Positions 63,415-64,000 of a stretch of DNA of 64,000 nt are shown in pieces. A program made the translations under genes and the position numbers. The stretch's first letter is position 1. Each line of letters opens with the position of its first letter. Source of the DNA: Schmidtea polychroa (Eukaryota); the NCBI GenBank assembly GCA_044892525.1, contig CM097887.1, positions 63,364,001 to 63,428,000 on the forward strand. Reading direction: 5' to 3'. The notes below the pieces were generated by a model. That model searched no databases, was not told where the DNA came from, and saw nothing but the letters and a program-made list of their open reading frames with translations.

Positions 63415-64000
63415 TAATTATAATAAAAATTAAAGGAAAGTCGTATCAATGAAAGTGAAAACACAGGTACTTATTTTTAAATAAATTTGTTTATTGGTAT
63501 ATTAGCGTATATTAGCGTAATACAAAAGAATACTTAAAAAGTTAGTTAATTTGTGAATTACCTAAAACCTTATCCACAAAATGGATATTTATCTCTGCTA
63601 ACCTTATCTAAAAGTGTAAATTCATTTGATTAAAGTGTATATTTAATATTCTTATATTATAGCTAAGAAATTTTTATAAGCATTTATATTAATGTTCTGT
63701 AAAAACAATAAAACAAACAATACTCAACGTATATTTGTATTCGAATTCGTAAAATCTACACTACATAAAACTCTGAAAATCGCTATAAAATGCATATTCT
63801 GACTATTCAACAAGTCTCTCTGTGATTGTTTTGATTCTGCACTTTCTACAACAATCACCTCTTTCCCTAAATCCTTTGACTTAACTTGATCCTTTCTTTC
63901 TCTCTTCCATTAATCTTTCGTCTAATTTAAACAATTTTCTTTTTTCCTACTCTCATTTTGTTCTTCCCTGCCTGTGGTAAAATGCGCATTATTGTTTTGT

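Overview
AT-rich eukaryotic genomic window with three N-gaps. The 41-53 nt introns and flatworm-type tyrosinase point to a planarian/platyhelminth host (inference). Four host genes look intact: a UBTD-like ubiquitin-domain gene (38094-39314, +), a minimal SH2+SOCS-box gene (48546-49043, -), a 3-exon tyrosinase (54486-56050, -) and a 5-exon astacin (61075-62096, -). An aldehyde dehydrogenase is partial, and there are decayed HSP90 and RNF126-like fragments. Most of the rest is nested transposon debris: Maverick/Polinton remnants (pPolB end, adenain protease, capsid, termini), at least 11 Ty3/gypsy solo LTRs or LTR fragments plus two pol remnants, many hAT elements (several with perfect 8-bp TSDs), pogo/Tigger, mariner, piggyBac and a Penelope-like GIY-YIG remnant. 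The most unusual items are: (i) a CAC...GTG/TA transposon family whose diverged copies all keep a spliced mini-gene built from phase-2 exons and which nests into itself; (ii) a Bcl-2-like ORF remnant inside a mini-Maverick; (iii) a piggyBac shell carrying a hAT transposase; (iv) tandem HSP90/RNF126 fragments around a hairpin that recurs at a Maverick-like end. All assignments come from manual translation and motif recognition; no database search was run.
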